Of a stretch of 64,000 bases of DNA, positions 46,201 through 55,364 are shown in pieces; position 1 is the stretch's first letter, and each line of letters starts with the position of its first letter. The translations under genes and the position numbers were made by a program. Origin of the DNA: a virus. Taxonomy: Duplodnaviria > Caudoviricetes. The stretch lies in IMG/VR virus record IMGVR_UViG_3300005973_000002. One strand, given 5' to 3'. Under the pieces are notes generated by a model. That model was not told the origin of the DNA, made no database searches, and was given only the letters and a program-made list of their open reading frames with translations.

Positions 46201-46966
46201 CCCCTACAATTTGATACTTCTTCCAGCATTTCTTAGCTTTTACACTTTTGAAAACACCTTGAGGGTTCTCTGGGGTAAGTATGATGCAAGATAAGCGTCC
46301 CCCAAAACATGAACCAGTATCTAGTCCGATCATTCGTGCTCCTTTTTTATTGTAATCAACAACAGGAGCATCAAAAGACCGTACATCGTGGCCGTAAATG
46401 ATGTCAATGTGCCCATCATAAACTTCAGTCCAATGGACTGAATTTTCTGGTTTGGTAAACCCAGGCCCAAGGCTCAATTGCTGATAAGAATCTTTGTCGA
46501 TATATCGAGTAAAGATGTACTCCTCACGGTCACGTTTGTCCCAAGGCTCATCTTTCGGCAAAACACCAGCATGAACCACCAAAGCATTATATTCCCAAAT
46601 AGGGACACAATATTTGCCGGCTTCAAGGTAGTCAAGATTTTTATCGGTTAATGATTGCCAAACTTCTTGCTTGTGTCCATAGAGCGATATGGGGTTGCGA
46701 TAATGCTTGCGGCCCACATGGGTTTTCTTCTGTTCGTGACGACGATAGCGGATATACTTGTCATCATGATTGCCGATGCAAATTTCAGCTCCAAGCTCCT
46801 CGGCATAGCTGACAACTTCTGCCGACTTGGGCCCACGATCGACAAGGTCGCCTGCGAAAATCAGGCGATCCTTATCCTTGTTATACTCGCATAGTTCAAT
46901 GAGTTCTACCAACTCATCGAGCATTCCGTGAATATCCCCACATACAATGACCTTTTTTCTTACCAT
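46190..46966 (-). CDS. metallophosphoesterase (ApaH/PrpA/Pnkp-phosphatase-like)
   Basis: GDIHG, GDLVDRG, GNHD, HAG, YGH, LDTG. Confidence 0.88.
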   Translation of the reverse strand: MVRKKVIVCGDIHGMLDELVELIELCEYNKDKDRLIFAGDLVDRGPKSAEVVSYAEELGAEICIGNHDDKYIRYRRHEQKKTHVGRKHYRNPISLYGHKQEVWQSLTDKNLDYLEAGKYCVPIWEYNALVVHAGVLPKDEPWDKRDREEYIFTRYIDKDSYQQLSLGPGFTKPENSVHWTEVYDGHIDIIYGHDVRSFDAPVVDYNKKGARMIGLDTGSCFGGRLSCIILTPENPQGVFKSVKAKKCWKKYQIVGDDQ

Positions 46967-47000
46967 GATAAAACCATATCACCTTGAAGGAAAAGTTTGA

Positions 47001-47720
47001 ATGTATAAACTATATTGTTTATTTGAATCAGAAACAGGTCAAGTGTTTTACATAGGAATTACTCGGAGAACTTTAAAGGAAAGACTTCAGTCGCATACTT
47101 GGAATTCGCATTGTAAAATAAACAGAAGATGAAAATCAACAACTCCTAAATCAAATTATATTCGTGAATTAAAAACTAAAAAGAAAAAATTTGAAATTGT
47201 TGGTTTGTTGGAATCTGCTGACAAAACCTATATTGAAAATGCCGAACGTCGCTATATCGCTTTTGCAAAAAGAATGAAATTTAATTTAACTAATGCCACT
47301 TCGGGCGGCCAAGGAATACAGGAATATAAACATAAACCAGAAACAATAGAAAGGTTACGCAAACTAAATTCTGGCAAAAACAATCCTCAGTGGGGCAAAA
47401 CTCCTTCAAAGGAAACTAGAGCAAAACAACGTAAAGCTCTTAAAGGCAAGCCTAGACCACGTCCAAAAGATTATAAAGGATGGAAACGTCGAATTTCAAA
47501 AAATCATGCTGATGTCTCTGGTAAAAATAATCCAATGTTTGGTAAACCTGCTCCAACACGAAAAAGAACTATTCAATATGATTTGAATGGCAATAAAATT
47601 GCCGAATTTGCAAGTGCTACGGCTGCTGCCAAAGCTATTAATTTATCCCGAGTAACAATTTCTAATTGTGCTTCTGGTTATTCATCAACAGCTGGTGGGT
47701 TTGTTTGGAAGTACGAATAA
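47001..47720 (+). pseudogene. GIY-YIG/NUMOD3/NUMOD1 homing endonuclease with in-frame TGA at codon 44
   Basis: ATG at 47001 gives MYKLYC...FYIGIT.R.L.ERL..H; TGA at 47130-47132; the same frame continues into the 47205..47720 ORF. Confidence 0.75.
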
Positions 47721-47788
47721 TTGTTTTAACACGTGCCATGACTCACCTTATCAAGTTTTTGGCGATTTGTAAACCGGGAAAGTTTTAT

Positions 47789-48418
47789 TTAGCCAAACTT
47801 CCAATCCACAGTAACGTTTACCTTCATTGAAGGAATTCTTTTGTGGTTTGCAAGATTATGCTGTAAACATTCATCCGGAGTAATGAACCAATCTGCGCCT
47901 CTCTTTTGAGTGACAATATCATAGAAATAATTTTCATCATCGTGACCGCAGTTACTGGCCATCTTTCTATAGATAAGTTTATTCAACCTCGTTGTTTCTT
48001 CGGCCGAAGCTTTAACCTCGGGTTCTTTGCCCCAAGAAAATGAAGAAACATCATGGATAAGCACTGTAGCGTGTGGGCCCACATAACGATGTCCTTCCGC
48101 ACCACATGTGAAAAGAACTGCTCCACAAGACATTGCTTTTCCTTCAACAATGGTTGCAACAGGAATTTTACAATGATCAATAGAATCTATCATTGATAGA
48201 AGCGCATAAACAGAGCCACCATAAGAATCAATAACAATTGGAATAATATCCTGTTTAGACTTCATCGCATGTGATTCTGCGATTTCAAGTTCATGCCGAA
48301 ATCTTTTAGCGCTTTCTTCACTAAATTCTCCGCTAAAAACTATATAAACTGGAAGATCAAGTTGTTCTTCTGGTTTTTCAATTTTGATTCTTGAATCTAA
48401 GTCGACAAGATATCTCAT
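47789..48418 (-). CDS. ClpP-like serine protease
   Basis: IDSYGGSV, AMSCG (catalytic Ser), VLIHD (catalytic His). Confidence 0.85.
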   Translation of the reverse strand: MRYLVDLDSRIKIEKPEEQLDLPVYIVFSGEFSEESAKRFRHELEIAESHAMKSKQDIIPIVIDSYGGSVYALLSMIDSIDHCKIPVATIVEGKAMSCGAVLFTCGAEGHRYVGPHATVLIHDVSSFSWGKEPEVKASAEETTRLNKLIYRKMASNCGHDDENYFYDIVTQKRGADWFITPDECLQHNLANHKRIPSMKVNVTVDWKFG

Positions 48419-48436
48419 AAATCTCCTTTGTTGAAA

Positions 48437-49027
48437 TCAGTATACGGGCGCACCATCCACAAGTCCAATAAGTTTTTTAAGGATTTTGAGAGTAAGCTTT
48501 GCATCAAATTCTGCATCGTGTGCTTTAGAATAATCAAAGCCAAAATAGGTAGCAAGACTTTGAAGGCTGCAATCAAGAGTGTCAGGTAATTTACCTGTCA
48601 AAATCATATAGTGGGCGATTGTTGCTGTATCCAATCTACGGTAAGAATAAAATCTCCCCCAGCAATCACCCTCGGAATTATCCGTTTTCAGGAAATGTTT
48701 TTTCACAAAGCGGATATCCAACGACAAATTGTGTCCAGCCGGGATCATCTTTGTAACTCCAAGCGAATGCTTGCAGGAGAAATCGTAGAATTCTTTGGCT
48801 GCTTGCTCTTCTGGAACGGCAACTTTGTCATGTGCGACAAGATCAATATTGTGAACAGAAAGCGCTTCAGCAGTCAAGCTATAAAGCCCATTATTGGGCT
48901 TTATTTTTAAATCAATTGCGTCAAGTATTTCGAGCTGGTCATTCAAGACCATTCCATAAAGCGTCAACAAGCTGGTTTTCGGGTTCTTGCCGCCGGTTTC
49001 CACATCAAACAGAAAAAACTTCCTCAT
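48437..49027 (-). CDS. DEDDh 3'-5' exonuclease
   Basis: FDVETGG, GHNLSLD, AHDAEFDA. Confidence 0.85.
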   Translation of the reverse strand: MRKFFLFDVETGGKNPKTSLLTLYGMVLNDQLEILDAIDLKIKPNNGLYSLTAEALSVHNIDLVAHDKVAVPEEQAAKEFYDFSCKHSLGVTKMIPAGHNLSLDIRFVKKHFLKTDNSEGDCWGRFYSYRRLDTATIAHYMILTGKLPDTLDCSLQSLATYFGFDYSKAHDAEFDAKLTLKILKKLIGLVDGAPVY

Positions 49028-49034
49028 TTTACCC

Positions 49035-49583
49035 TCATAAAAATAAAAAAACCATTCCAAAAACCACCAACCCAACCAAAAGAACAACACACGTCCACGC
49101 AACAAAACGCAGACAAAAGTTGGCTATTGCGTCAACAGTTTTCCTTTGCTCGACTTTGTCAACAAGCTGCGTTTTCAGCCTCTTGTTTTCTTCCTCAAGA
49201 TTTGCCACATAATCACGAAATGATTCACCACGAAAATCGACATCATGCTTTGGGTGCGGGTCGTCCTTGCGCTTATTTTTATTCCAATATTTTTTGGCCA
49301 ACTCTTTGTTGACCGACGCCTTCTTCTCCTCTTTTTGAGAGGAATTATTTTCCCCTTGCTTTACTGTCTTTTTTGCATTATCAAAGTTTTTTCTTACCCT
49401 TTTGTGGGCAAGTTTTGTATCGAACCTCAAATCACCCAAAACTTTAGAAGCATCATTCCAAATTTTTTCCATGTCGTGGCAAAGCTTTTCTACATCGTTT
49501 TCAGCAAATTCAACATGGTCGAAAGTCTTTTTCATTTCATTGAAAAGACGCTTTCTTCTGGTAAGTTTTCGACTTCTGCTCAT
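49035..49583 (-). CDS. coiled-coil protein with C-terminal TM helix
   Basis: Likely start MSRSRK. Confidence 0.6.
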   Translation of the reverse strand: MSRSRKLTRRKRLFNEMKKTFDHVEFAENDVEKLCHDMEKIWNDASKVLGDLRFDTKLAHKRVRKNFDNAKKTVKQGENNSSQKEEKKASVNKELAKKYWNKNKRKDDPHPKHDVDFRGESFRDYVANLEEENKRLKTQLVDKVEQRKTVDAIANFCLRFVAWTCVVLLVGLVVFGMVFLFL

Positions 49584-49674
49584 GGGAATGACTCTATAGC
49601 AAAGAGAAAAATGAATAAACCACCAAAACAAAACACGGACCGAAGCCCGTGTTTTGTTTGTACACATGTATTTC

Positions 49675-49986
49675 TTACATGAAGACTGATTTTTTCCAAG
49701 ATTCCATAAAAGAAATGATGTTCTTGGCCCCAACTGGATTTTCACTGTGTACCACATATTTGGGAATTTTATCCGGGTCTGCGCCCATGGTTTCCCAAAT
49801 GTGATGAAGCTCTTTCAGAAACCTCATTGTATCATCTTTTTCACCAAGATCATGGTCAAGACTCATCAATTCAGGCAGCTCGTTACGTTCAACACAACGA
49901 ACAACTGCCATGACAGAAGATCGAACAACGGTCCAGCCAGCCTGGGTCGGGTTTCTTTCATCATCAAGATATAATTTCCAAGTCAT
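49675..49986 (-). CDS. stand-alone cyclic-phosphate-processing receiver-like (cREC) domain
   Basis: LYLDDER.P, SLDHDLG, VHSENPVG. Confidence 0.75.
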   Translation of the reverse strand: MTWKLYLDDERNPTQAGWTVVRSSVMAVVRCVERNELPELMSLDHDLGEKDDTMRFLKELHHIWETMGADPDKIPKYVVHSENPVGAKNIISFMESWKKSVFM

Positions 49987-49993
49987 TTTTCCT

Positions 49994-50311
49994 CTACTGC
50001 TTTCTCGCAAGCTCCAGGAGCTGTTGAAATTTTTTATAATTGTTTGTTGGATCTACACGATTCCAGATGATTTTTCCTTGTCTGACAAGGTCGCAGGCAC
50101 TTAAAACAATAGACAGCTCAACCTCTCGCTGTATCACCTGTTCTCGATGTAAGAAACTATATTTAAACTGGCGTATTTGGCCAGGTTTTACCCAAATCTC
50201 TTCGGGGTCAGAAATCAAGAGAAGAATCCGTGAGAAATTCTCATCAACTCCCTGAAATCCCCAATATATAAAAATATCACCAGCTTTAGGCGATGGCAGC
50301 TTCATTTTCAA
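49994..50311 (-). CDS. small SH3/KOW-like family protein
   Basis: PKAGDIFIY ... YSFLHREQVI. Confidence 0.55.
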   Translation of the reverse strand: MKMKLPSPKAGDIFIYWGFQGVDENFSRILLLISDPEEIWVKPGQIRQFKYSFLHREQVIQREVELSIVLSACDLVRQGKIIWNRVDPTNNYKKFQQLLELARKQ

Positions 50312-50588
50312 ACAATCTTTTTAGATTAGTTTCACGGATTCGAACCATTCTTTCTTCAAGAAGAATGTCATACCAATTATTGCCACAGCGATCAATTTTT
50401 CGGGTAACAACGAAAGCGCTTGAACCAGTTTTGGCTCCATCAGAATCCCAACCCCAAAACTTGCTTTCATCACCTGGGTCAGGTCGGCAAACGACAACAT
50501 ATTTCGGAGCCCGTTTTTTCCCACCTTTTCTCGCTTTGTGTGGCGGTGAATAAATCTTCACCAAGTCTCCAGGAGAGAAATCAGCCAT
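50286..50588 (-). CDS. small SH3/KOW-like family protein
   Basis: FSPGDLVKI ... YDILLEERMVRI. Confidence 0.65.
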   Translation of the reverse strand: MADFSPGDLVKIYSPPHKARKGGKKRAPKYVVVCRPDPGDESKFWGWDSDGAKTGSSAFVVTRKIDRCGNNWYDILLEERMVRIRETNLKRLFENEAAIA

Positions 50589-51012
50589 GATACTGCCCCT
50601 TCAAGTCACTTCTAAGAACCCACCAAAGTTGTTCGTCAACAAGCACCTGACAAAGATCCGCATATGTTGTTCGTTCCGTTTTGATCAACATTGCAACGCT
50701 GTCAAATAAATCTTGCCTTTTGACATATTCGATCTCTCTTCGTTTTTCGGTAAATTTTGATGAGAAGGCTGGATGGAGTTCTTCGGCTGTATATTTCCCA
50801 GGCCACAGTCTAATACCTCGACTAAAAACCCATTCGTTGGGCCTGATATTATTAGATGGATCTCCCACAAATTGTACAAGCATTCCGGCTTTTAGGGCTG
50901 GCCGCTTTTTGATTATACGACGATTATTTCTAACTTGCAATTTCTTGCACAGTTTTGCTTTTCGCCTATTCTTAGCCTTTTTCTGTTTTTTCTTTTTGCT
51001 CATCGTTCTCAA
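50581..51012 (-). CDS. small SH3/KOW-like family protein with basic N-terminus
   Basis: LKAGMLVQF ... QVLVDEQLWWV. Confidence 0.65.
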   Translation of the reverse strand: MRTMSKKKKQKKAKNRRKAKLCKKLQVRNNRRIIKKRPALKAGMLVQFVGDPSNNIRPNEWVFSRGIRLWPGKYTAEELHPAFSSKFTEKRREIEYVKRQDLFDSVAMLIKTERTTYADLCQVLVDEQLWWVLRSDLKGQYHG

Positions 51013-51014
51013 AC

Positions 51015-51046
51015 AAAGCCGACTAGAGAAAGCTCTAGTCGGCTTT
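51015..51046 (-). terminator. Rho-independent terminator
   Basis: Perfect 14-bp stem aaagccgactagag / ctctagtcggcttt with 4-nt loop. Confidence 0.8.
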
Positions 51047-51073
51047 TAAAAGAAAGAAGTTTTCTACGGAGGC

Positions 51074-52129
51074 TCAGTGTCGTCGTGTATATCGACGCTT
51101 GTGACGGGGGCTATTACGACCCTTCCTGGGCTTATATAGGTCATTCGGCGTCGGAAGCTCAGTTTCTTCTTCGACCGCATCATCGAAAACTTTTGCAACT
51201 TGCGCTCGAACGTGTTCAAGGTGCTTCAACTTGAAGCTCCATGACTTAGTATCAGGATTGTACTTTCGATCGTCATATGGAACTTGCTTAAGTCCGTTAA
51301 TCAAGCCATACATATTTTCACCCTTCTTCCAAGGAAAGGAAAGGGTAAAATCTTCAGAGCGTAAACGAATTCGGGCGGTTGCCTTCTTTTGTGGAGGCGG
51401 AACCGTTTGCACCATCTGCATCACCTGCTGAGGGTTTTTACTCTTCCAAGTATCAACCTGGTCCATAAGGTTTTCAAGGTCAGTATCGTAAAAAGGCCAA
51501 AACTTTCGGACAATTTCAAAAAACTGCTCTGCTTCAGTAGCAGGTGCCGAATAGGGCGTTTTATCTCCACGATATCGTGGCGTGATAATGCCAGGAATCT
51601 TCTTCATTTGGAAGAAACCGGGCTTACAGGCGGTTCCAACAAGCCAAACACGTCCATTCTCAAACCAAACCCTTGCCTCGGATTTAGAGGCATCACCAGC
51701 AAGAACACCGGCAAGACCAATGTAACCAAGAGCTTCTACAATCTTGATCAGTCGCTCTCTGAGCGTATCGCTCATCATGTAGCTAAGAAAATAGTCTAGC
51801 TCACGGACTTCATCACGATAATCTGAGCCAGCCAACTTCATTGCCATAATGTCATCATTGGCCTTTTGTACTTGCTCGGACTTCTTCAAAAAAGAAGCCT
51901 TAAACGATTCAAAACGTTCCTGTAGTTCTACAGGAAGCTGATCAGCATGAGTGCCGAGAATTAGAGCGCCAGCAACGGGCAAATTCGCCTGAATGGTCTT
52001 GGCATAAAGATGATTATCCTTATTGCGACAAATCGGCCCAACACCACACTCCCGTGAAGCAGGGTCGGTCAATTCTTTGCGACAACGAGAACAGTGACGA
52101 AGCGTGATATCAGTAACAAGTCGAGGCAT
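51074..52129 (-). CDS. DUF6011-like zinc-finger protein with C-terminal HARP-like segment
   Basis: CSRC..ELTDPAS...GVGPIC; FPW...LKQVP...KYNPDTKSWSF. Confidence 0.6.
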   Translation of the reverse strand: MPRLVTDITLRHCSRCRKELTDPASRECGVGPICRNKDNHLYAKTIQANLPVAGALILGTHADQLPVELQERFESFKASFLKKSEQVQKANDDIMAMKLAGSDYRDEVRELDYFLSYMMSDTLRERLIKIVEALGYIGLAGVLAGDASKSEARVWFENGRVWLVGTACKPGFFQMKKIPGIITPRYRGDKTPYSAPATEAEQFFEIVRKFWPFYDTDLENLMDQVDTWKSKNPQQVMQMVQTVPPPQKKATARIRLRSEDFTLSFPWKKGENMYGLINGLKQVPYDDRKYNPDTKSWSFKLKHLEHVRAQVAKVFDDAVEEETELPTPNDLYKPRKGRNSPRHKRRYTRRH

Positions 52130-52223
52130 CCGAACACTCCTTTTCTGGGTTTAGGTTAACACACGCACCCCAAGGAGTAAACCAAATGTCCGATAAACGT
52201 ATTTGTTTATCTATTAACTTAGT

Positions 52224-52604
52224 TCATTCGAAAATTTGGTATACAACCCAGGCAGAAATACCAAGAAAAGCTAGAAACAAAAATTTATATGATACGGCGG
52301 GACCCATGATGACATTAAAAAGACCAAATAGTGCTGGCATGGCAATTAACCCAAGAATGATCCAGGCGCCGACCTTCATCCAATCCTTAGGATTGTGTGC
52401 AATTTTTGGTTCGACACTCGGGGCATCGTGAGTGAATTTTTTTGTTTGAGCTTTATTTTTATTTGCCCTAAGATTTGCGCCACTTTTCTTTTGTCTTAAT
52501 TCGTCTTCAAGTTCAAGGACTCGCTGTATGGCAGCAGCCTTTTCTTCACGCATTTCATCCAATTTCTTAAGCAACTGTTCATGGGAAAATTCACGGTAGA
52601 TCAT
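52224..52604 (-). CDS. coiled-coil membrane protein
   Basis: Two C-terminal TM helices. Confidence 0.6.
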   Translation of the reverse strand: MIYREFSHEQLLKKLDEMREEKAAAIQRVLELEDELRQKKSGANLRANKNKAQTKKFTHDAPSVEPKIAHNPKDWMKVGAWIILGLIAMPALFGLFNVIMGPAVSYKFLFLAFLGISAWVVYQIFE

Positions 52605-52984
52605 TCTTCACTCTCCAGAGTTGGGTTGCATAACTTTACCAGATGTTGCCGTTGAGTCCAAACCGTTTTTTTATCTATTAGAACTTTGTGCCAAAGATTT
52701 TCTTTACCTACCCAACAATCAACAATTATGCCTCGGGTGGCAAAGCGAAGACTCATCCAGCGACCTGTTTCGGCTTCAACTTTATCCTCGTGCTTATCGG
52801 CCTTTTTCACCGATTCGAAATCAAGGTATACTACTAAACTTTCAAGCCAATTGATTATATCTGTGGGGTTGTGACCAATTTCAAAATCTGATGGTTCATT
52901 TAATTCGTAAAGGTCGGCATAATGATCCAAATATTCATCTTGAAATACAAAACGAACCAAAGTCCCATTTTCCAACTTATTCAT
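52601..52984 (-). CDS. small SH3/KOW-like family protein
   Basis: LENGTLVRF ... HKVLIDKKTVWT. Confidence 0.6.
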   Translation of the reverse strand: MNKLENGTLVRFVFQDEYLDHYADLYELNEPSDFEIGHNPTDIINWLESLVVYLDFESVKKADKHEDKVEAETGRWMSLRFATRGIIVDCWVGKENLWHKVLIDKKTVWTQRQHLVKLCNPTLESEE

Positions 52985-53264
52985 TTTTATCCAACACTAA
53001 GGCTTCTACTGAAACAGTATATAATTTCTCCTCGATAAGAATAACCGCATCCCATGAGGGAATTGGGCCGGTAATATCCCTAACGACGTCAATAACCAAC
53101 ACTCTTTCTGTTTGTTTGATGATTAAAGGAATGGGGTTTGAAGCGACCCAGGTACGTCCAAATCCCTTTAAACGATATTCACGGATAACACCAAAATTCT
53201 TCTGGATTTGGAAGGGTGACTGGATGAACAACTTGGCAAATTTTTCCCAAAAAGGCTGCTTCAA
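52977..53264 (-). CDS. small SH3/KOW-like family protein
   Basis: ... AVILIEEKLYTV. Confidence 0.5.
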   Translation of the reverse strand: MKQPFWEKFAKLFIQSPFQIQKNFGVIREYRLKGFGRTWVASNPIPLIIKQTERVLVIDVVRDITGPIPSWDAVILIEEKLYTVSVEALVLDKNE

Positions 53265-53500
53265 TCGTTTCCCTTGGAAGATCCTTCATTTTGCTCTCTT
53301 TCAACTTCTTCCACCTGTTTCTGAAACTTATACGTAAAAGAAACAAAGTCCGCAATGAAGTATGCCAGCGTTACAGCAATAATTGACGCCACAAGTTCAG
53401 GCAAAAATATCACAAAAAACCCCTGAAGTAAGAGCATCAAGGGAATCATCATAAATAAAAGATAGAAAACTCTAAATAGAGCATTTTTGAGTTTGATCAT
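53261..53500 (-). CDS. small membrane protein
   Basis: Likely start MIKLKN; two TM helices. Confidence 0.55.
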   Translation of the reverse strand: MIKLKNALFRVFYLLFMMIPLMLLLQGFFVIFLPELVASIIAVTLAYFIADFVSFTYKFQKQVEEVEREQNEGSSKGND

Positions 53501-53540
53501 TGTTGTCGTTTCAAACAAGAACAACCGAAGCTTTTCAGCC

Positions 53541-54764
53541 TCAGTTTTCAAGGTGTTGCAAAACCGTATCGAGGAAGCTGTTTGACCAACCACCATCAAC
53601 ATGCCGCTTTGACTGAATCCAATCGACAAGACCGCTTACACGGCCCTGGTACTGCTCCATCATCGGCGCCATCCATCCCTTTCGGGCCTGAACAGCAAGC
53701 GCAAACATCTTACGATGCTCCTTGGAGCCCTTCTCATGGATCCAACCCCGACTTTCGTTCCATGCTGCAACCTCTGCAAGACAAGCCTCGTAAACATCAC
53801 GATAGTTTGCCACCAGGTCACGGAATGATGCCTGCAACTTGTGTGCCCGATCCACAACGTGGTCCGGGAATAGCGGCAGTGCATCGTCGAGCTTCTCCAA
53901 AAGAAGCAACTCCACGAGTCCCCGAGGAGACTTCAATACCGAGTCACGAACCTTGTTCAGGGCAAGATAGCCGGCATTCTTAATCTTGATACGGCGAAAA
54001 TGCTGGTCGCAGACCACAATTCCTTCGTGCTTTATCGGATCACATGAAGAAACAAAATCAACAAGTTCAGAAACTGAACCAAAACGATAACGCTCTGCTG
54101 TTGGCGTCTTCACCTGAGCTTGAACAAAGGCCGGACGAAGTTCCTTACCTGTTGCCGTTTTGCGAGCAGCAAGCAAAGTAATGCTGTGTCCTTCATATTC
54201 AACAACGATACGATTCGCAGGACTGGTTAATTCAAACATGTAAGTTGTGTCACGAAATAGTTGTGCTGATGTCCACGATTCAAAATCTTTGCCGACAGTT
54301 TCTTCTAATGCTTTCTCAAAAAGGGTGCGAAAAGTATATTCACCAGATCCATCCACTGGAAGGTTTGCTTCTGGCAATGAGCGAGTTGCAACATGCCATT
54401 CATTCTTCACATCATCATAATAAACGATACAAAGCGTTCCGTCCATCTTTTCATAGAAGGAAGTTGCCGGATGATTAAAATCAACTTCGGCAGCCGCAGA
54501 CTGTCCATAGTTGAAAAAACGATCAAATGATCGAGCCAATATAACTGTATCACCAATTGGACGAGTCAAATCAATCAACTCTTGAATTTTGGTTGGTCGA
54601 AGAATAAGACCACGGCACTGCTGTGCCAGTAAGTCATCTTCACGAGATTCAATATGGTCATAGTTCAATGAAAACTTGTACTCGTGCACACGAGCTTTGA
54701 CGCCATGCTCACGCTCCAAGTCTTCAAGAGACTTGGTTTTCAAATACTCACGAACAAAAACCAT
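53541..54764 (-). CDS. T4 Rnl1-like RNA ligase
   Basis: QCRGLIL, FDRFFNYG, motif I YEKMDGT, FELTSP.NRIV, EGIVV, RIKIKN. Confidence 0.88.
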   Translation of the reverse strand: MVFVREYLKTKSLEDLEREHGVKARVHEYKFSLNYDHIESREDDLLAQQCRGLILRPTKIQELIDLTRPIGDTVILARSFDRFFNYGQSAAAEVDFNHPATSFYEKMDGTLCIVYYDDVKNEWHVATRSLPEANLPVDGSGEYTFRTLFEKALEETVGKDFESWTSAQLFRDTTYMFELTSPANRIVVEYEGHSITLLAARKTATGKELRPAFVQAQVKTPTAERYRFGSVSELVDFVSSCDPIKHEGIVVCDQHFRRIKIKNAGYLALNKVRDSVLKSPRGLVELLLLEKLDDALPLFPDHVVDRAHKLQASFRDLVANYRDVYEACLAEVAAWNESRGWIHEKGSKEHRKMFALAVQARKGWMAPMMEQYQGRVSGLVDWIQSKRHVDGGWSNSFLDTVLQHLEN

Positions 54765-54849
54765 CTATTAGTTTCCTTAAGGTTGATCAAAAATTATAGG
54801 GCTCATTTTGAGCCCTATACCAAGCTTTTTTACTTAGAAAGAATTTGTA

Positions 54850-55077
54850 TTACGATACCATGTTTTCTGTCAAATCCTGAACAGGTCCCAAGTTAAAGCC
54901 TGCCGGGATCAGCAGCTTCTTTCCGGTCAAGACTCGACTCAATTCCAAACGAATTACATTACAACGAACATAATCCTTGCGGTCGCAAGCATTGATATAC
55001 GCCTCATTAAGACCATCAATTTGATGGTTGATAGACTCGGGTACATTCCACATATTTTGCTCCAGGTTAGAAGTCAA
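54850..55077 (-). CDS. hypothetical protein
   Basis: 75-aa ORF. Confidence 0.45.
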   Translation of the reverse strand: MTSNLEQNMWNVPESINHQIDGLNEAYINACDRKDYVRCNVIRLELSRVLTGKKLLIPAGFNLGPVQDLTENMVS

Positions 55078-55115
55078 CTAGTACACATCATACAATATCA
55101 TACCCAGCGTTTGGT

Positions 55116-55364
55116 TTAAACCGTTTGGTAAAACTCCTCAGCAACACAACAATATTGAAAAAATGTTCTTCTGCAAAAGTAGTGGTTTTTAATTTCCTTC
55201 CCCGTCAGGAAAAAACCATCAAATCCATTACCGTCATCATCCCAACAAACATGAGTAAAAAGCACGGGCTCATTGTTGAACCTTCCTGGCAAAACCAGAA
55301 GTTTGCCAATGAACCTACACGGGTTATCATGAAGTGGATTGCTAGTTTGAGACTTGAGTGCCAT
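55116..55364 (-). CDS. hypothetical protein
   Basis: 82-aa ORF coupled to the upstream stop. Confidence 0.5.
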   Translation of the reverse strand: MALKSQTSNPLHDNPCRFIGKLLVLPGRFNNEPVLFTHVCWDDDGNGFDGFFLTGKEIKNHYFCRRTFFQYCCVAEEFYQTV

